DNA of 63,882 nt, filler included, from Polymyxa betae A26-41 (taxonomy: Eukaryota > Protista > Endomyxa: Phytomyxea): the NCBI GenBank assembly GCA_003693705.1. It is 4 parts of 4 records of this genome, joined end to end, with 100 filler letters (N's around TTAATTAATTAA, not from the genome) between each part and the next. Parts side by side here need not be neighbours in the genome. Positions count along the whole stretch, not along the records: positions 23,495 to 43,570 come from RBZT01000466.1; positions 43,671 to 58,821 come from RBZT01000862.1; 2 more parts are not named here. One strand, given 5' to 3'. The notes beneath the pieces were generated by a model. That model was not told where the DNA came from. It worked only from the letters and a program-made list of their open reading frames with translations, and searched no databases. This document shows, piece by piece, positions 39,288 to 51,648 of this stretch (positions are counted from its first letter, which is position 1; the number at the start of each line of letters is the position of its first letter). A program made the translations under genes and the position numbers.

Positions 39288-42200
39288 TCAGGCATCAGAC
39301 TTTAAATTGATGACAGAGTCTCCGCTGTCGTTGCTGCTCGAAACCATTGCGTCCGATTCATCTACTGTTCCGAATACTTCTGCAGCGATGTGACTGCGTT
39401 CAGCCGTGGGACGGTCTGCGACCGCTGGCTCCGGTGGCGGTTGATCGATCCCGAGCACCTGACGCCATCCTCTCCCCCGTTGCATAGGGATCTGTCGCCT
39501 GCCCCGCATGGCGACGACGACGCCCTAGGACTACCATAATTCTTGCGGGAACAACCCCTTTGCCCAAATAGCCCCCAATGGTGCACATATTTATTGCGTT
39601 CGTTACGGAATTTCAGCATCTCTATCGTCGGTGCAAAGAGAGGAAAAATGTCGCAAGCCAACGCTGAGATCGTTGGCCTTCGAAAGCCTGAGAATGGGCG
39701 CACGTGTGAGCTGCATGAGGCCTGTGAACTGGTTAGTCGGTGTCGTCACGCTGTTGCGGTTCAAATTCACAGTCATTGAGAGTAGCTGCTCCAATTTTTT
39801 CTGTAAACATTAACCCCAGTTTACACGATTCTCTTAACTAGGGAATGGTTTAGTCGAAGAAGCGGAGGCCGCCCATGCAGTAACCAACGGTAACGAATCT
39901 TGTCGTGTCGCATTTCTCCCCAACAGCTGCATGCCTAATCGCGAGCGATTTGTTGGGAAGTTCGCTCAGGTGGTAGAACTATATTCCATTTCCGAAAATT
40001 CCCACAAACGTCGAGAAGATGCCCGAAATTGTGGAATGGAGTCGTGCGTGCTCCTGGATGCAATTCCTGTATTAGAATAAAAACACAGTCACTGCTGTGA
40101 GGCAGCCTTAATTCCCACATGGCTCCATTTGTTAAAGTCGATACCTGGCTCCAGGCGTACAGCGCCCGGAGTGCGATGTCCTGCCGACGAGGTTTCTCAT
40201 TCGGCGCTGACCGATTGATGAGAAACTCGGTATGATTTTGTTGAAAGTGGAATTTAAACGGTCGGTTTATACCTACATCAAGTACCTGCAGCTTGGAGGT
40301 ATAAGCAGCCACAATGACTTCGGCCTGAAAACAATGTCAAGGTAACGAAATGTACATTTCTGCATATACTTCGGTCCCAAGTTCGGCAAGCTTGTCGATT
40401 ACGGTGGATTCCAGATGAGCCGAAAAGCAGTCAAGCAACAGGTCGGAGGCACGAGCTTGTCGAGCTAGAATCCAAGGTTGCCAAACCCGTTTAATCCACT
40501 CGAGCATGATTTCTACATCCATCCAAGCGTTCGTCTGCACAGTCATGACAATGCCTCCAGGGTATCCGCGACTGATGAAGGCACCGACCACCTCACGATG
40601 GTTTTTTCCCTTGCGTATTCCCTTGAAGACGAGGAAAACCGGAAGCTTCTTGCCCGTTAACGTGACCCCCAGCAGAGCGGTGGCACGCCCGGAGGAGCCG
40701 TTTCCGGTCACAACAATGGTTCGCCGACCACGACGAGACAAAGTTGTTTTAGCCGGAAGATCAAACTGAATGTCTGTTTCGTCGATATTGACCACGAACT
40801 CTGGTGGAATTGCCATCATTGTGATAGGATCATTGACAGCAGCAACGAAGTCGTCAATGATGGTAGCCTCGTGTCGCGTGTTCTGGGAGACATGGGTTGC
40901 ACGCCTCTGTACAAACCCTTCTCTCTCGAAAAACCGATAAATTCGTTTCCTCAGAGCCCAATCATTGCCGACACAAAAAGATGGCTGGAATCTATAGATA
41001 AAATGAATGTATTCTTATAATACTATCCTAAAAATCGTGAAAACAAAAAGCCAATACCGACGAACTTTATGAACCAGCATCGATCCAGTGACAACATGGT
41101 CCGGAGCCGTATTTGATCAATAAATTCTCGAAGATGATCCCAAACATCTTGGCCCTCTACGATGGCTTGAATGGAAGACAGCGGCCGGTGCATTCTGGCC
41201 CGACGGTCGATGTCATCGCTGATGTCCAGCTGCTTCTTCCATCTCTTGATATTTCGCCAGTCGACGCCATTTTTCTTTCCTGTTTGATACAGCGCCCCAG
41301 GCCGTTCAAATGCTTTATTGACAATGGCTATTTTCTCTCCAATTGTAAACCGACAGATGTTGCGGCCCATGGTACTATGATGATATGCAATCCGCACATG
41401 GTTCGAATCGTCGTAGCCCGTGCCGTTTTTTGGGGCCGTTTTCAGACGATTTTATGAAAAGAAAGAATTTATTTCTTGCACAAATAACCCCCTTCATACA
41501 GAAAAAAGGCCGCGCTCTGCACATTAGTAGGGGTTATTTCGGCAAGAATTACGGTATCACAATGACCGCACACTACGGCGATTGAGGGTTGCGCCGACAC
41601 CCTCATCATCCCGCCCTCCCATGCGAAATCAACCACGTCTTGAGCTGTTTCCAGGGCGATAGCTGTGAACTTTGCCAGGGAGTGTTTTGGGCTGATTTTA
41701 TTGCGGTGGTATCTGAGGAAACAGAAACGGGAGACAATGGCTCTCGAATGCTCCCACCCCTGAGGATTCTTCAGTGAATTGTGTGAGCGCGTAATGTGAC
41801 TGCACGGTTCGTGGTGCATGTCTGCCAGACAGTTGGAATGCCTCCAACTTTTCTTTCGGGACTGTCCTGGCGCCGATGCGCTCCTGCCACTTTCGCACGT
41901 CTGTTGGACGGAAGCGGACCTGACTCGTCCGGAGAGCGACCTTGAAGAAACCCTAGATGAGCTCGTATCAGCTGAAATAGATAACTCATTGGCGGGAAAC
42001 CGGCTCGACATGGGTGCGTTGTAGAAGCGTCGAGGGCGTCAACTCGTGATTCGTGACTCGCCACGTCGGCAGAAGCAGCCCGGTATCCCGCATTGGTTCG
42101 GGCAGCAGTGGCAGCACTGTATCAATCCACCAGTTCAGCTTGTCGGCGATGATCTGCGTCAGATCGTGAGGCCGCGACTCCAAATGCCCTAGATAACCAT

Positions 42201-43300
42201 CATTTGGTAGTTCTACAACGATCTAAACGCCAGGCAGTGCCGCTTAAGTGTCCTTGGTGTGCGCTTGAACGACTTCGATTCCCAAGTCCTTGTAGGCGTA
42301 GACAGCGCAAACCGGATATCAGCGACCTTGGCGCGGCACCATTCTTGACTTCTGATCGAGCGGGTCCATAGCTGCACGGCAGCGGTCATGAACGTCAGCA
42401 CCTCTGAGTAGACTGCCTCCGGAAGTGTACACGACTCTGAACACAACTTCGCCCAGGCTTGTATCTTGGCGTCTGTTTCCAATAGATGCTTGGCAGCGAC
42501 GTCCCAAACCTCCGGGCTTTCCAGAACCGTGCTAACACTAGCATGACCTCCACGGGCGCCACGATTCTGCCGCTAGAGAGTACGAGTCCGGAATGTGGTC
42601 TCTTGGCGCAGATATCGAAGTGGATCCAAATGACACTATTTTACGCAAACAAACGGGAATAGCATAATACAGGATGGATGGAGTTTATTATACAGCATCT
42701 TACCAATCATGCATGTCTTTCAAGGGCTGTTGATGCTTTTGATCATTGTTAGCCAATCAGATCGCTGGAAATCAAAGGCACCAATTTTGCGCGCGTCTTG
42801 AAAAGTTTCCCGCTTAATATCTGCATAGTCTAGACTGAGTGCGAACGGCAATATTGTCGGGCATAAGATTGAACCTTTCCGGATTATGGGCGCGATTCTG
42901 CCAGAATCAGATAAACATGTGTCGACTTGTGATAAGCGCGGGCCATTACAGCGTAGTTGTAATGGGCGACATCCATCATGGCGCTGGCAACGAGCCGGAA
43001 GTTATTCTTGAAAAATGCTGCTCGCAATTAGATCTTTACCATGACATGGTAGAGGCACGTACAGTATCCAGTTTCGATCTGCCGAGACAGCCTTGTATCA
43101 CGAAACAACGGAATAAGACTGATCAAGTGCGCATGTAATGTAATACCTGAACGTAACGGCATTTCTATTTACAATAACATTATCATTTTGAAAACTGTCA
43201 ATATTTGGGATCGCGTTCTTTGGCAGGCTTCGAATTGCCAGATCGGTGGCCTGCAGTTCCGCTGTTGATATGTGTTGGTTTTCTCGCTCGGTGAGCGGCT
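39288..43300 (-). CDS. Tyrosine recombinase (Crypton-like) with introns; probable C-terminal extension interrupted by the pogo element
   Basis: Catalytic motifs in order: WTRSIRSQEWCRAKVADI (R), SFKRT (K), RPTDVRKW (H-x-x-R position), SGRHAP (H), TVQSHY (Y). A phase-0 GT-AG intron lies at about 41953-42000. Gene ends are approximate. Confidence 0.65.
39534..41554 (-). mobile_element. Pogo (Tc1/mariner) DNA transposon with TA target duplication
   Basis: TIRs TA|CCATAATTCTTGCGGGAACAACCCC and GGGGTTATTTCGGCAAGAATTACGG|TA. Transposase with HTH N-terminus (41370), NIDET, NAWMD, LLLDCFSAH and LQVLDVGINRPFK (DDE_1). Confidence 0.9.
39648..40080 (+). CDS. Pogo passenger gene, HIRAN-like small protein
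   Basis: Two exons: MSQANAEIVGLRKPENGRTCELHEAC... and SCRVAFLPNSCMPNRERFVGKFAQVVELYSISENSHKRREDARNCG...-stop. It is convergent with the transposase inside the TIRs. Confidence 0.55.
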
Positions 43301-43570
43301 ACGATTCAGAACGATGTGAGCCGAACACAATCAATAACAGAATGAGATGTATTAGAAGTGAAAATTGATCTTTAAATACTCGAGTCTATTAGGGCGCTCT
43401 CATACCTTGGTAAACTCCGCGGCGGAGTTTTCATCCACCGTGGCTGTAGGCCATCACCCACTGGTTTCACAGTATAGTAATTCTGCGCGTCGGGGTTCTC
43501 GAGCGACTTGGGTTGTTGTGGAGGCGCCACACTGCTGGAAGGTGTACAGATACTAGTCGAGTGTTGGCTC

Positions 43571-43670
43571 NNNNNNNNNNNNNNNNNNNNNNNNNNNNNN
43601 NNNNNNNNNNNNNNTTAATTAATTAANNNNNNNNNNNNNNNNNNNNNNNNNNNNNNNNNNNNNNNNNNNN
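43571..43670. other. Artificial contig spacer
   Basis: N + TTAATTAATTAA + N. Confidence 0.98.
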
Positions 43671-44170
43671 GTGGGTGTATCATCTTGACACGAAGTCGTC
43701 TGCGGACTTGATCAGCTCCGAGTTTGGAACAGATTTCATGCTGCGGGAATTAACATAATCGCATTAAAAATTCATAAATTGCAGTTTTTTGGATTTTTTC
43801 TTCACAACCGTATTCGTAATTGCACCTTTATTTTTTTCCCATTAAATTAGTATTTTATATATAGCCCGCTGTAACCAAAACGTTAGCGTCCTTTCACTAA
43901 CAGCATCGGTTGAGCTGGTTTTGGGCGTTTCCGTGATTATATCAGCGATTGTTCAAACTCCAAGAAGCTCATGAGGACCAGTTAATCAGAAGTCCAGAGT
44001 AGCTATAAAATCCAATCCAATGAGAGAGGTTATGCAACCATGTCCGTCTACAGAATTCATCTACAATATCTTAATGGTAATGGAACCTGTACGCATCCAT
44101 AGAAATCAAAAATGTTTTTTTCTTTCCAAACTGTCAAAATGCAATAGTTCATTGCTTACAGAAGTCGGTC

Positions 44171-45950
44171 GAGCCTTTTTTCCACTAGTGGATTGAGGCC
44201 GCGCTATCCGCTAGTGGACACGCTCGTCACAGCTATCCCTTCACGCTCGTCACAGCTATCCCTTCACGCTCGTCACAGCTATCCCTTCACGCTCGTCATA
44301 GCTTGGGAGAAAGTTCCAGCAACTACAGAGCCGACCATAGCCACCAGTATCGCTATCGCGATACTGGTGGCAGAAGAAGATGAGTCGGACACCAAGCCAT
44401 TCGCACATTCAACAAGCGATTGCGTCAATGCCTCCAGATTTCTCTCCTTCCCCAAATCAATGGAACGATCGCTACACCGATTGCTCAAGGCGGCAGAGCT
44501 AGTAGAACTCAGTTCAACTGCTTCGACGATATCATTAGGCTCAAAGCAGTCAACCACCTCGCTCTCTGGGAGGCTCAAAGGGGCCAGTTGATGTAAGTAC
44601 GAGACGAGATTGCGGACCGGGTACGCAATACTCCCGGTTTCGGGGTCAAAAAGGACGGTCTCGGATGTAAAACAAGGTTTGAACGAATCCTCAGTTTATT
44701 CCGAGATAACAATCAGGAAGCGCTCAGAAAATCTGGCCACGTTTAGGAATACAACGAGCGAGAAGTCGTGCTTGAAAACACTGACAGTAGAATGACGGAT
44801 TACAGCGAGATTGTCGTTGTTGCTTGCAACAAAGAGAAGATGAAGGCAAATGAGATTGAATCATCAGGCGCCTTACTCCGGCGGTGTGCTATGGGAGAAT
44901 ACAGCAACTCCGACCTGAGTAGCGATGACGAAAATCGCGATTTGTTTGAGCCCAAATCGAACAAAAAACGTGGCCGCAAGCGCAAAGTTCCCATGCAGGC
45001 GATGTTTTCTTTTAGTCTGGAAAGCGCTGAGAGACTGGATGATCATACTTCAAAGAAAATGAAACTGATGGCTCAGCGATTGGAGTTTGATCGCCTTGAG
45101 GCGGAACGTAGAAATGAGAGCGATCGTCGTCGAGACGAATTGATGGTGAAGCTCGCAGAGCGACTTTTGTAAATAATAAAATAAATGTGATCGAAAGCGC
45201 ATTGGCTGTATGGTTCGGGGCGAATATAAACCAATCTGTATTCAGTTTATTGGAATGATTGCAGGCAGTTTAAAGAGGGTGCCCTAAATACTCTTCCAGA
45301 CTAGGCGGAGGTAATTTGAAGTACATTGAGATTTGACTACCCTCTGGTTGCAAACATGTGTGGCAGTTAGTTAGCAAAACAACGACTAGCCACATCTTCC
45401 CGATCGCTGTTTGCCGAACCTTCTGTTTTTTGTCGAATTGCAAGAACGCCCAAAGGTTTTTTAAACGCCCAAAGCTTCACAACTGCCTCTCTTACAGAGC
45501 TCATATCTGCATTCAAAAGAGCTTCGTTGGAACCTGATTTTGGCATGGGAAAGGGGCAACTGATGTAGTCTGAGCAGCCATAAGCAGGATCTCCATAAAT
45601 GCATTTTCCATCGATAATTTATATTCGGATTGTACTACGGTATTTCTTTAGTATGCACTCTGGATTCCTATCGCTCTGTTCTGCATTTAATTGCTTCTCT
45701 ACAAATGAAATTGAAGAATCCATGTCCATCCCATGTCTTGTAGCCTTCTTGCTTTGAATTACAGAATGGCCAAAGTTGAATTTGGCATATATTTGATCAT
45801 GTACCGTTGCGGCAGCCATAAAAACGACAGCATTTTTCAATTGGAGCAAATTTTAGAGGCAGCGCAGCGAAATTTGTCACAATGTTTTCATGGATTGACA
45901 TCGGAATTGTCCGATGGAATTTATGTTGTCTCACTACAATCAACTCTTGT
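44171..45950. mobile_element. Truncated PIF/Harbinger element (Myb-like gene +, transposase -)
   Basis: Minus strand IYGDPAYG...NADMSSVREAV...QISMYFKLPPPSLEEYL. Plus-strand acidic/coiled-coil accessory ORF ends at 45172. Confidence 0.75.
44219..44303 (+). repeat. 23-bp tandem repeat x3.7 (CACGCTCGTCACAGCTATCCCTT)
   Basis: Three exact copies plus a partial copy in the subterminal region of the Harbinger remnant. Confidence 0.95.
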
Positions 45951-46451
45951 GCAAGAGGAAATCGTAAACCGTTTTATCGATCCGATTTCGAGCGAAGCGC
46001 CGAATCGTCCGCAGACAGCAGCTAATGCAGGGCCAGTACGAATGATGGGACGGGCGTCTGCCGCGTCATATCGAGATCGGCGAAGACCGGACAGGGCCAT
46101 GATGGAGCACGCGGGTCGTTTTCGAGTTGTCAATGGACGACAGGATTCATTAAAGTCCGCAGAAGGTCGCCAAGAGGGCCAAACCGAAAAACCAACAAAA
46201 GTTCGGACGTTGTTTATGATGATTTTCTCCATTGGACAAAGGCAGATTGAACTCCGAAGCGATCTCAAGTGTAGTCCGTAAAGATATGGATTAACAGACA
46301 TCGTCAACCTCGTTTCAGTCTATTCAACGATTTTATACAAAAGTTTGTATAAAATCAAGAGCTTTTTAAGATTTTTTTTTTTTACTTTTTATGAAAAAAT
46401 ATCTGCTCAGACATTGAATGTTTCATTTCAGATGGAGAACGCGAAACTCGT

Positions 46452-48217
46452 TCAGTTGAAGTCGTCATAATATGACGATACAGGTTCAAGGAACTGGTCC
46501 TTGTGTTTGCCAATCAGTGTCGCAATCGGGCTCGGTAACGTATAACTCAGCATGAACAGAATCCGGATGCGGAGTGACCTCAGATTGGCCGACTGTCCGG
46601 TCATGGTTTCGATCAGGGCCACGGAGTCCTTGCACAGATCTTTCGCCATTTGACGCATGATCGCATCGCTCACGGACACTTTCATCACTTTCGCCAACGC
46701 ACGTTTGGCGGTAGCGGCATACATCGACAGCGCATTACGTTTCATGGTGAGGTTCACATAGTCCGCCGCCAGTCCCTTCATGCCCTCTCGATAATGTTCC
46801 ACGAGGGCGTTGGCAACTGCGAAGATCTGTCCGGAGAACAGCAACGGGTCGGCGTTCGTAGAATCCTCTTCGAGTTTGTCAAGAACATAACGATGGAGAG
46901 CCACAGTAATCGTGTCCGCCACGGAGAAACACGCCATCCGAAATTTCGTCTGAACAACGTCGTAGGTTTCGGCCAAGACCGTGGACAGAGCGCGTTTAAT
47001 CAGTTCGCGATCTGTTAATTTAGACAGGGCCGGCGTCTGTTTCGGACGTTTGGTGACTTCCAGGATGAGCTGAGTGAACGGGTGGCGCGCAACTAGGGTT
47101 TGGAGTTAGGATTTTTTGGGCGATGGGTGATTGAAAGGCTTACTGGCTTTGCCCAGTTCCATTCGAGCGTACTTTAAACGGGCTCGGTCACAATTGCTCT
47201 GTAACAACATCAGTGAAACGACTCCAGGACTCAGCAAACGTTACAAATGAAGAAAAAATGAACAAAAAAAAAACTCAAAATCCGCCCAGAGGCGAAACAA
47301 AAATCCGAAATTAAAAAACCGAGACGTTTTCATGAAAGTGGTAACGTAAATATGAAGTTTTCTAAAGACTTGAATGAAAAACTTTCCAAAAAATTGAATG
47401 AGAAACTTATAGAGAGAATCGCTGCGCTGTCAAAAGAAGGCATAAATCCAAACGATGAATTGGCAGAGCAAACTGGACCACGAGGAAGAAACATCAACGC
47501 CGTAGGAAACGTAACTGTTGATGATTGACTTACAAGCTGCGTGCGAGAATTGACTGACAATGGCACGCCGTGATGGTTGACCAGATTCCGGCAGAGTATC
47601 TCCGCCGTCGGAACATGGGCGACATTTTTGACGAATTTGTCGCGGACCGCCTTCAGCAACTGCGGAATCCCATCCGGAATCATAACACAGACGTCGCTGA
47701 GCATGAAGAACAGCGCGGATTGACCCTGCATGAAGAGCTGGAACAGAAACTCACGGACTTCACCTCCCATCGCATACTGAACGGTTTCCGAGCCGCCATT
47801 GAATGAGTTCGCGATCGTCGTGAGACGATGGCCGGCTTCGAGCGTCAGATGAACGACGAAGATGTTCAAGACTCGTTGAGCTGCATCGACGATGGTGTTC
47901 GTCAATGTTTCGAAGTGAAAATCGTCCTTCGGGTCGGCGGCGACGATCGGGAACTGGAGCATTCCTGTATAAGCGAGCTGTTCGCCACAGATCGAAGAGA
48001 ACGAGTAGAGATTCTGGATGATCGTTTCGATGATGTCCCGGGCCAGGTGGGCTTTGTCGGAGACGAGATCGGTCAGATGAACGTCTTCACCCGGGCTGGA
48101 GTCCGGCTCGTCGAGCGGGACCTCTTTCAGCAGATGGATCGCATCTGGACAGAATTCGAATGAGTCTGTTGAACTAAGAAATGCGCAATACAAACAGATT
48201 TTCAACAAAAAAGCCAA
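46452..48217 (-). CDS. Secreted alpha-helical protein (candidate effector), multi-exon
   Basis: Signal peptide MAFLLKICLYCAFLSSTDS. Long helical exons 47330..48217 and 46452..46976. The 3' end may extend further. Confidence 0.65.
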
Positions 48218-48480
48218 AGCTTGTAAAACAAGTCATCTCAATAATGAAACAAATTCAAAATAAAAAAAAATCAACAGATTTTGAACAAAAAGGCCAAAGC
48301 TTAAAAAATGTCAGGTCAATGAAACAGACTCAAACAATAAAAAAAGATTTGCAAATTATGAATGTTTGTAATAAAATTTTCCATTGAAAACAAACAGAAA
48401 AACGGACTTTCAATGGTTTCGTCAAGAGAGGAGTAGAATGTATCATAGAAGAGCCAGAGGAAAGCGGTTTGTTCAGGCAC

Positions 48481-49656
48481 CTAAATCAGGACAGTGTCAG
48501 GACACAAGGCGTGCTGGCCCCCCGACATGATCCATCGTATTACCACGCTAGAGTGTGTTGCCGGAATGGTCAAGACAGGCGATTTAGTGGAGCCGGCGTC
48601 GCCATTCTCCTTCGCTCCGGGCCCAGCGGGTTCCGACCCCGCCGTCATGCTGGCCCCGGGACCATCGGCAGCAATGCAGTTATAGTCCTGCTGCAGGGAT
48701 GTTTTCGAGCGCTTGTTCGTCTGCGGAGTCTCACTGGTAATCTGTTACAGATTGAGATTAAGGGGAAAGTGGAGAAGATAACGTTACTGTAGTAGGGTTT
48801 GGGACAGAGTCCGGATTCAGGTCCGTGACGGAGTCCGAGCTCGAAATGATGGGAATAACCACATTGGAGGATTCGATTTCGTTCAGTGTCTCGGTCTGAC
48901 AGGAACAGTCCGGAGATTGCTCCGTAGATTCGTCTTCATCGTTACATGGCACCACTGACACGCAGTCCGCGATGGTCGTGAGTCCATCGACATGCTGGAG
49001 CGGATCCTGATTCAAGATAATCTCCGGTTGTTCTTCAGAAAGCGCCGCTGTTGAATCCTCACCTGTAACATTACATTAGTGAGATCCTCCAGTATGAGAG
49101 TAATGTTACTCTTATGTTGTGAAGGTTCCGGAGCGTTATAAAATCCAGAGAAGTGATTGATGAAATCTTCAATAACAGCGGCGATGGTTTCGTTCCCGAT
49201 ATCACGAACCAAATCCAGTGTGCAGTTACGTTCAACAGCCTTCTTACGATTCATCATCTCCCGCGATGCCGAAAGAATCGCTTTCAGCCGAGCTTCAGCA
49301 GCTTCATGCAATCCGTCACGCAATCGGTTCAGCTCTGGGGCGATCTGCTGCCAGCGCTCATGGTCGAGTTTGAAGGAGAAGAGGGCGTCCAGGCCTCGGC
49401 GGATTAGAGGCGGAATTGTTTCCTTCAGGATCGGCATTGCGATGACCTTGACCTGATGCTTGATAACGCCGAAGTTCTTACAAGAACTTGGGAGACGAAT
49501 ACGACTGATACTATCAGAGAGGTCGCCGCTGAAATCAGGAACCATCTCTGTAACATTACAGGTTGCGTAAGAGAGGCGAGAATGTAAAATATCAGGTTGA
49601 ATAAGAGAGCCGAAAATGCAACGAACAAACGAACAGACGAACAGGAAACCATTCAT
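48481..49656 (-). CDS. Secreted protein (candidate effector), three exons
   Basis: Signal-like MNGFLFVCSFVRCIFGS, a helical domain, then acidic low-complexity exons. Confidence 0.6.
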
Positions 49657-49690
49657 GAAGGATCAGCAATCGGTAATGGAAACATTACAA

Positions 49691-50563
49691 TTAGAACGGA
49701 CCTTGATAGCGGTTGATCAGCAGATCAAGGGTCAGTTGTGGCTATAAAACGAAGGTTGATTGAGGTCATCAAGAAAGTGAAGTGGCATTACCTTATCGAC
49801 GAGCTGAACAAGGCAATCCGTCTCGTCGTTCTCGTCAGCGTCGGGTTCCGAAGATCGCGATTCATCTGCCGTTGAGGTAGCACCATCCGAGGCCTCTGGA
49901 GATTCCGGCAGTGTAACGATGACACCGGCAGTCGGCTCGGTCTTTTGGTCCTTCTCATCGCCAACGTCATCGACACATACGCAACCCTAAAACCCTAATT
50001 AGACAAAGTATTGCCTCAGATTTGATGCCATACAATATCAGGCACATCCGGGTCCTGTTGTTCGGCCTCCTCGATCAGAGCAGGTTTAATAGGGACAGAT
50101 GGCAGCTGTTGTATCGGCATACCGATCTGAAGGGTTAGGGTTTAGGGTTATGAGTCGATCCTGTTCGAGGAGATCTTACTCCAGGTACGGCCGCGGGAGG
50201 CAGTAACGATTGAATCCGGAGTCCCCCCTGGATGGGACCCAATGGGCTCTGATAGGGCTGCACCTCGGACGGGTAATTGATCCGGTGGTACTGGTCCATG
50301 TCCACGTCATGAACGTATAGTCGGTGATGGATCTCATGCTGTCCGATCCGTTCCGTTTCCTGATGGAATCGGTAACGTAATCCGGGGGCGGCCGGCGTCG
50401 CCTCGGACAGATCGAACGGGATCAGTACGGCGTCGGATTGGTGGCGGTCGCGAATCACTCCGTACAGCGACGGTAGCAGGACCCATTGGACGGAAACCGC
50501 CGAACAGCATCCCAGCAGGACCAGGAGCGGGGCCAGTACGGTCACTGCCGACGCCAGAGCCAT
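49691..50563 (-). CDS. Secreted protein (candidate effector), four exons
   Basis: Signal peptide MALASAVTVLAPLLVLLGCCSA. Exons IGMPIQQLPSV..., GCVCVDDVGDEK..., PQLTLDLLINRYQGPF-stop. Confidence 0.65.
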
Positions 50564-51648
50564 AATCAGGCAGCGTTTTCCCAGAATGATTCGGGTCGAG
50601 CTGACTTTTCACGCAGTCCGTGACTCGTGAAGTCTCGCCCTGGGCGCCTGATCTAGACCTCTCACTCGAATTCTCCGCAATAACAAAATCGTCCCATCTG
50701 TATTGATTTTTTGTATTATTTTCAATAAAATTTGCCTGATTTTTTTTGGTGCGCCTAATCAGAGCCTTGATTAGGGTTCGACCCTGAGGACATTCAGTCG
50801 GCATTTGCAGTTGGTCAGCTGATATTGTTCGATCTGCGGGAAGTCGTTTTAGCAGACGACTGCTGGAAGGCCGCGCCACCGTAGAGAGCTTAAAAATCGT
50901 CACGGTTATTAAATTTATTCTTATATTTAAAAGTTTTTTATTGTTTTGAGGGGTTCTGATCTGATTCGATAGATGTTGTTTTTTGTGGTCGGTCTGTTGC
51001 AAGGTCGCGAGGGGAGCCCTGTGATAAGCGATTGTTTGCATTTTGCTGCAGTTTAAGATCATTATCTTGTGGAGATCATTCAATTTCATCATGTCATCGA
51101 ACATCAAGAAATCAGCATTTGTCCTCTGGTGAAGTTGTGGACGGTGGAAGGTCAGGAGAGCGGCAGCGGCGGTGATCGCAGACTTTATTTATTGAATTTG
51201 CTCTTATTCCGAGAACTTTAACGATTCGGAAAACAGAGGTTTTGAAACAGATAGCACAGAGTACTCCCTCACTTTAAGCTTAACAGCTTCCGGAGCTATG
51301 ACGTTTGTATGGGAATTTCTGCCGAATAGAACGGGTGTGCGACTATCTCAATTTAAGAACACATTCGGGGAAAGGTTTTCCAATTTGATAGGCACATGAT
51401 AAAAATATCGATTTAACAAGATTCAAACACTGCGGTTTTCACTTGAGTATATGACAATATCCGACTTTTGACAATAGTTCAGCGAAAGAAACAAACAATT
51501 TAATAGATGACAAGTACAGAATTCAGAATTATGGTCTCGATTCCGTTTACGGCCTAAAGTAATCGATATAAAATGTAATGAATGCACAGGCAGAGCTATT
51601 AATGGTGATTTTGTGCGGATATAAAAGTGGGAATTGTGATGTATTTGG

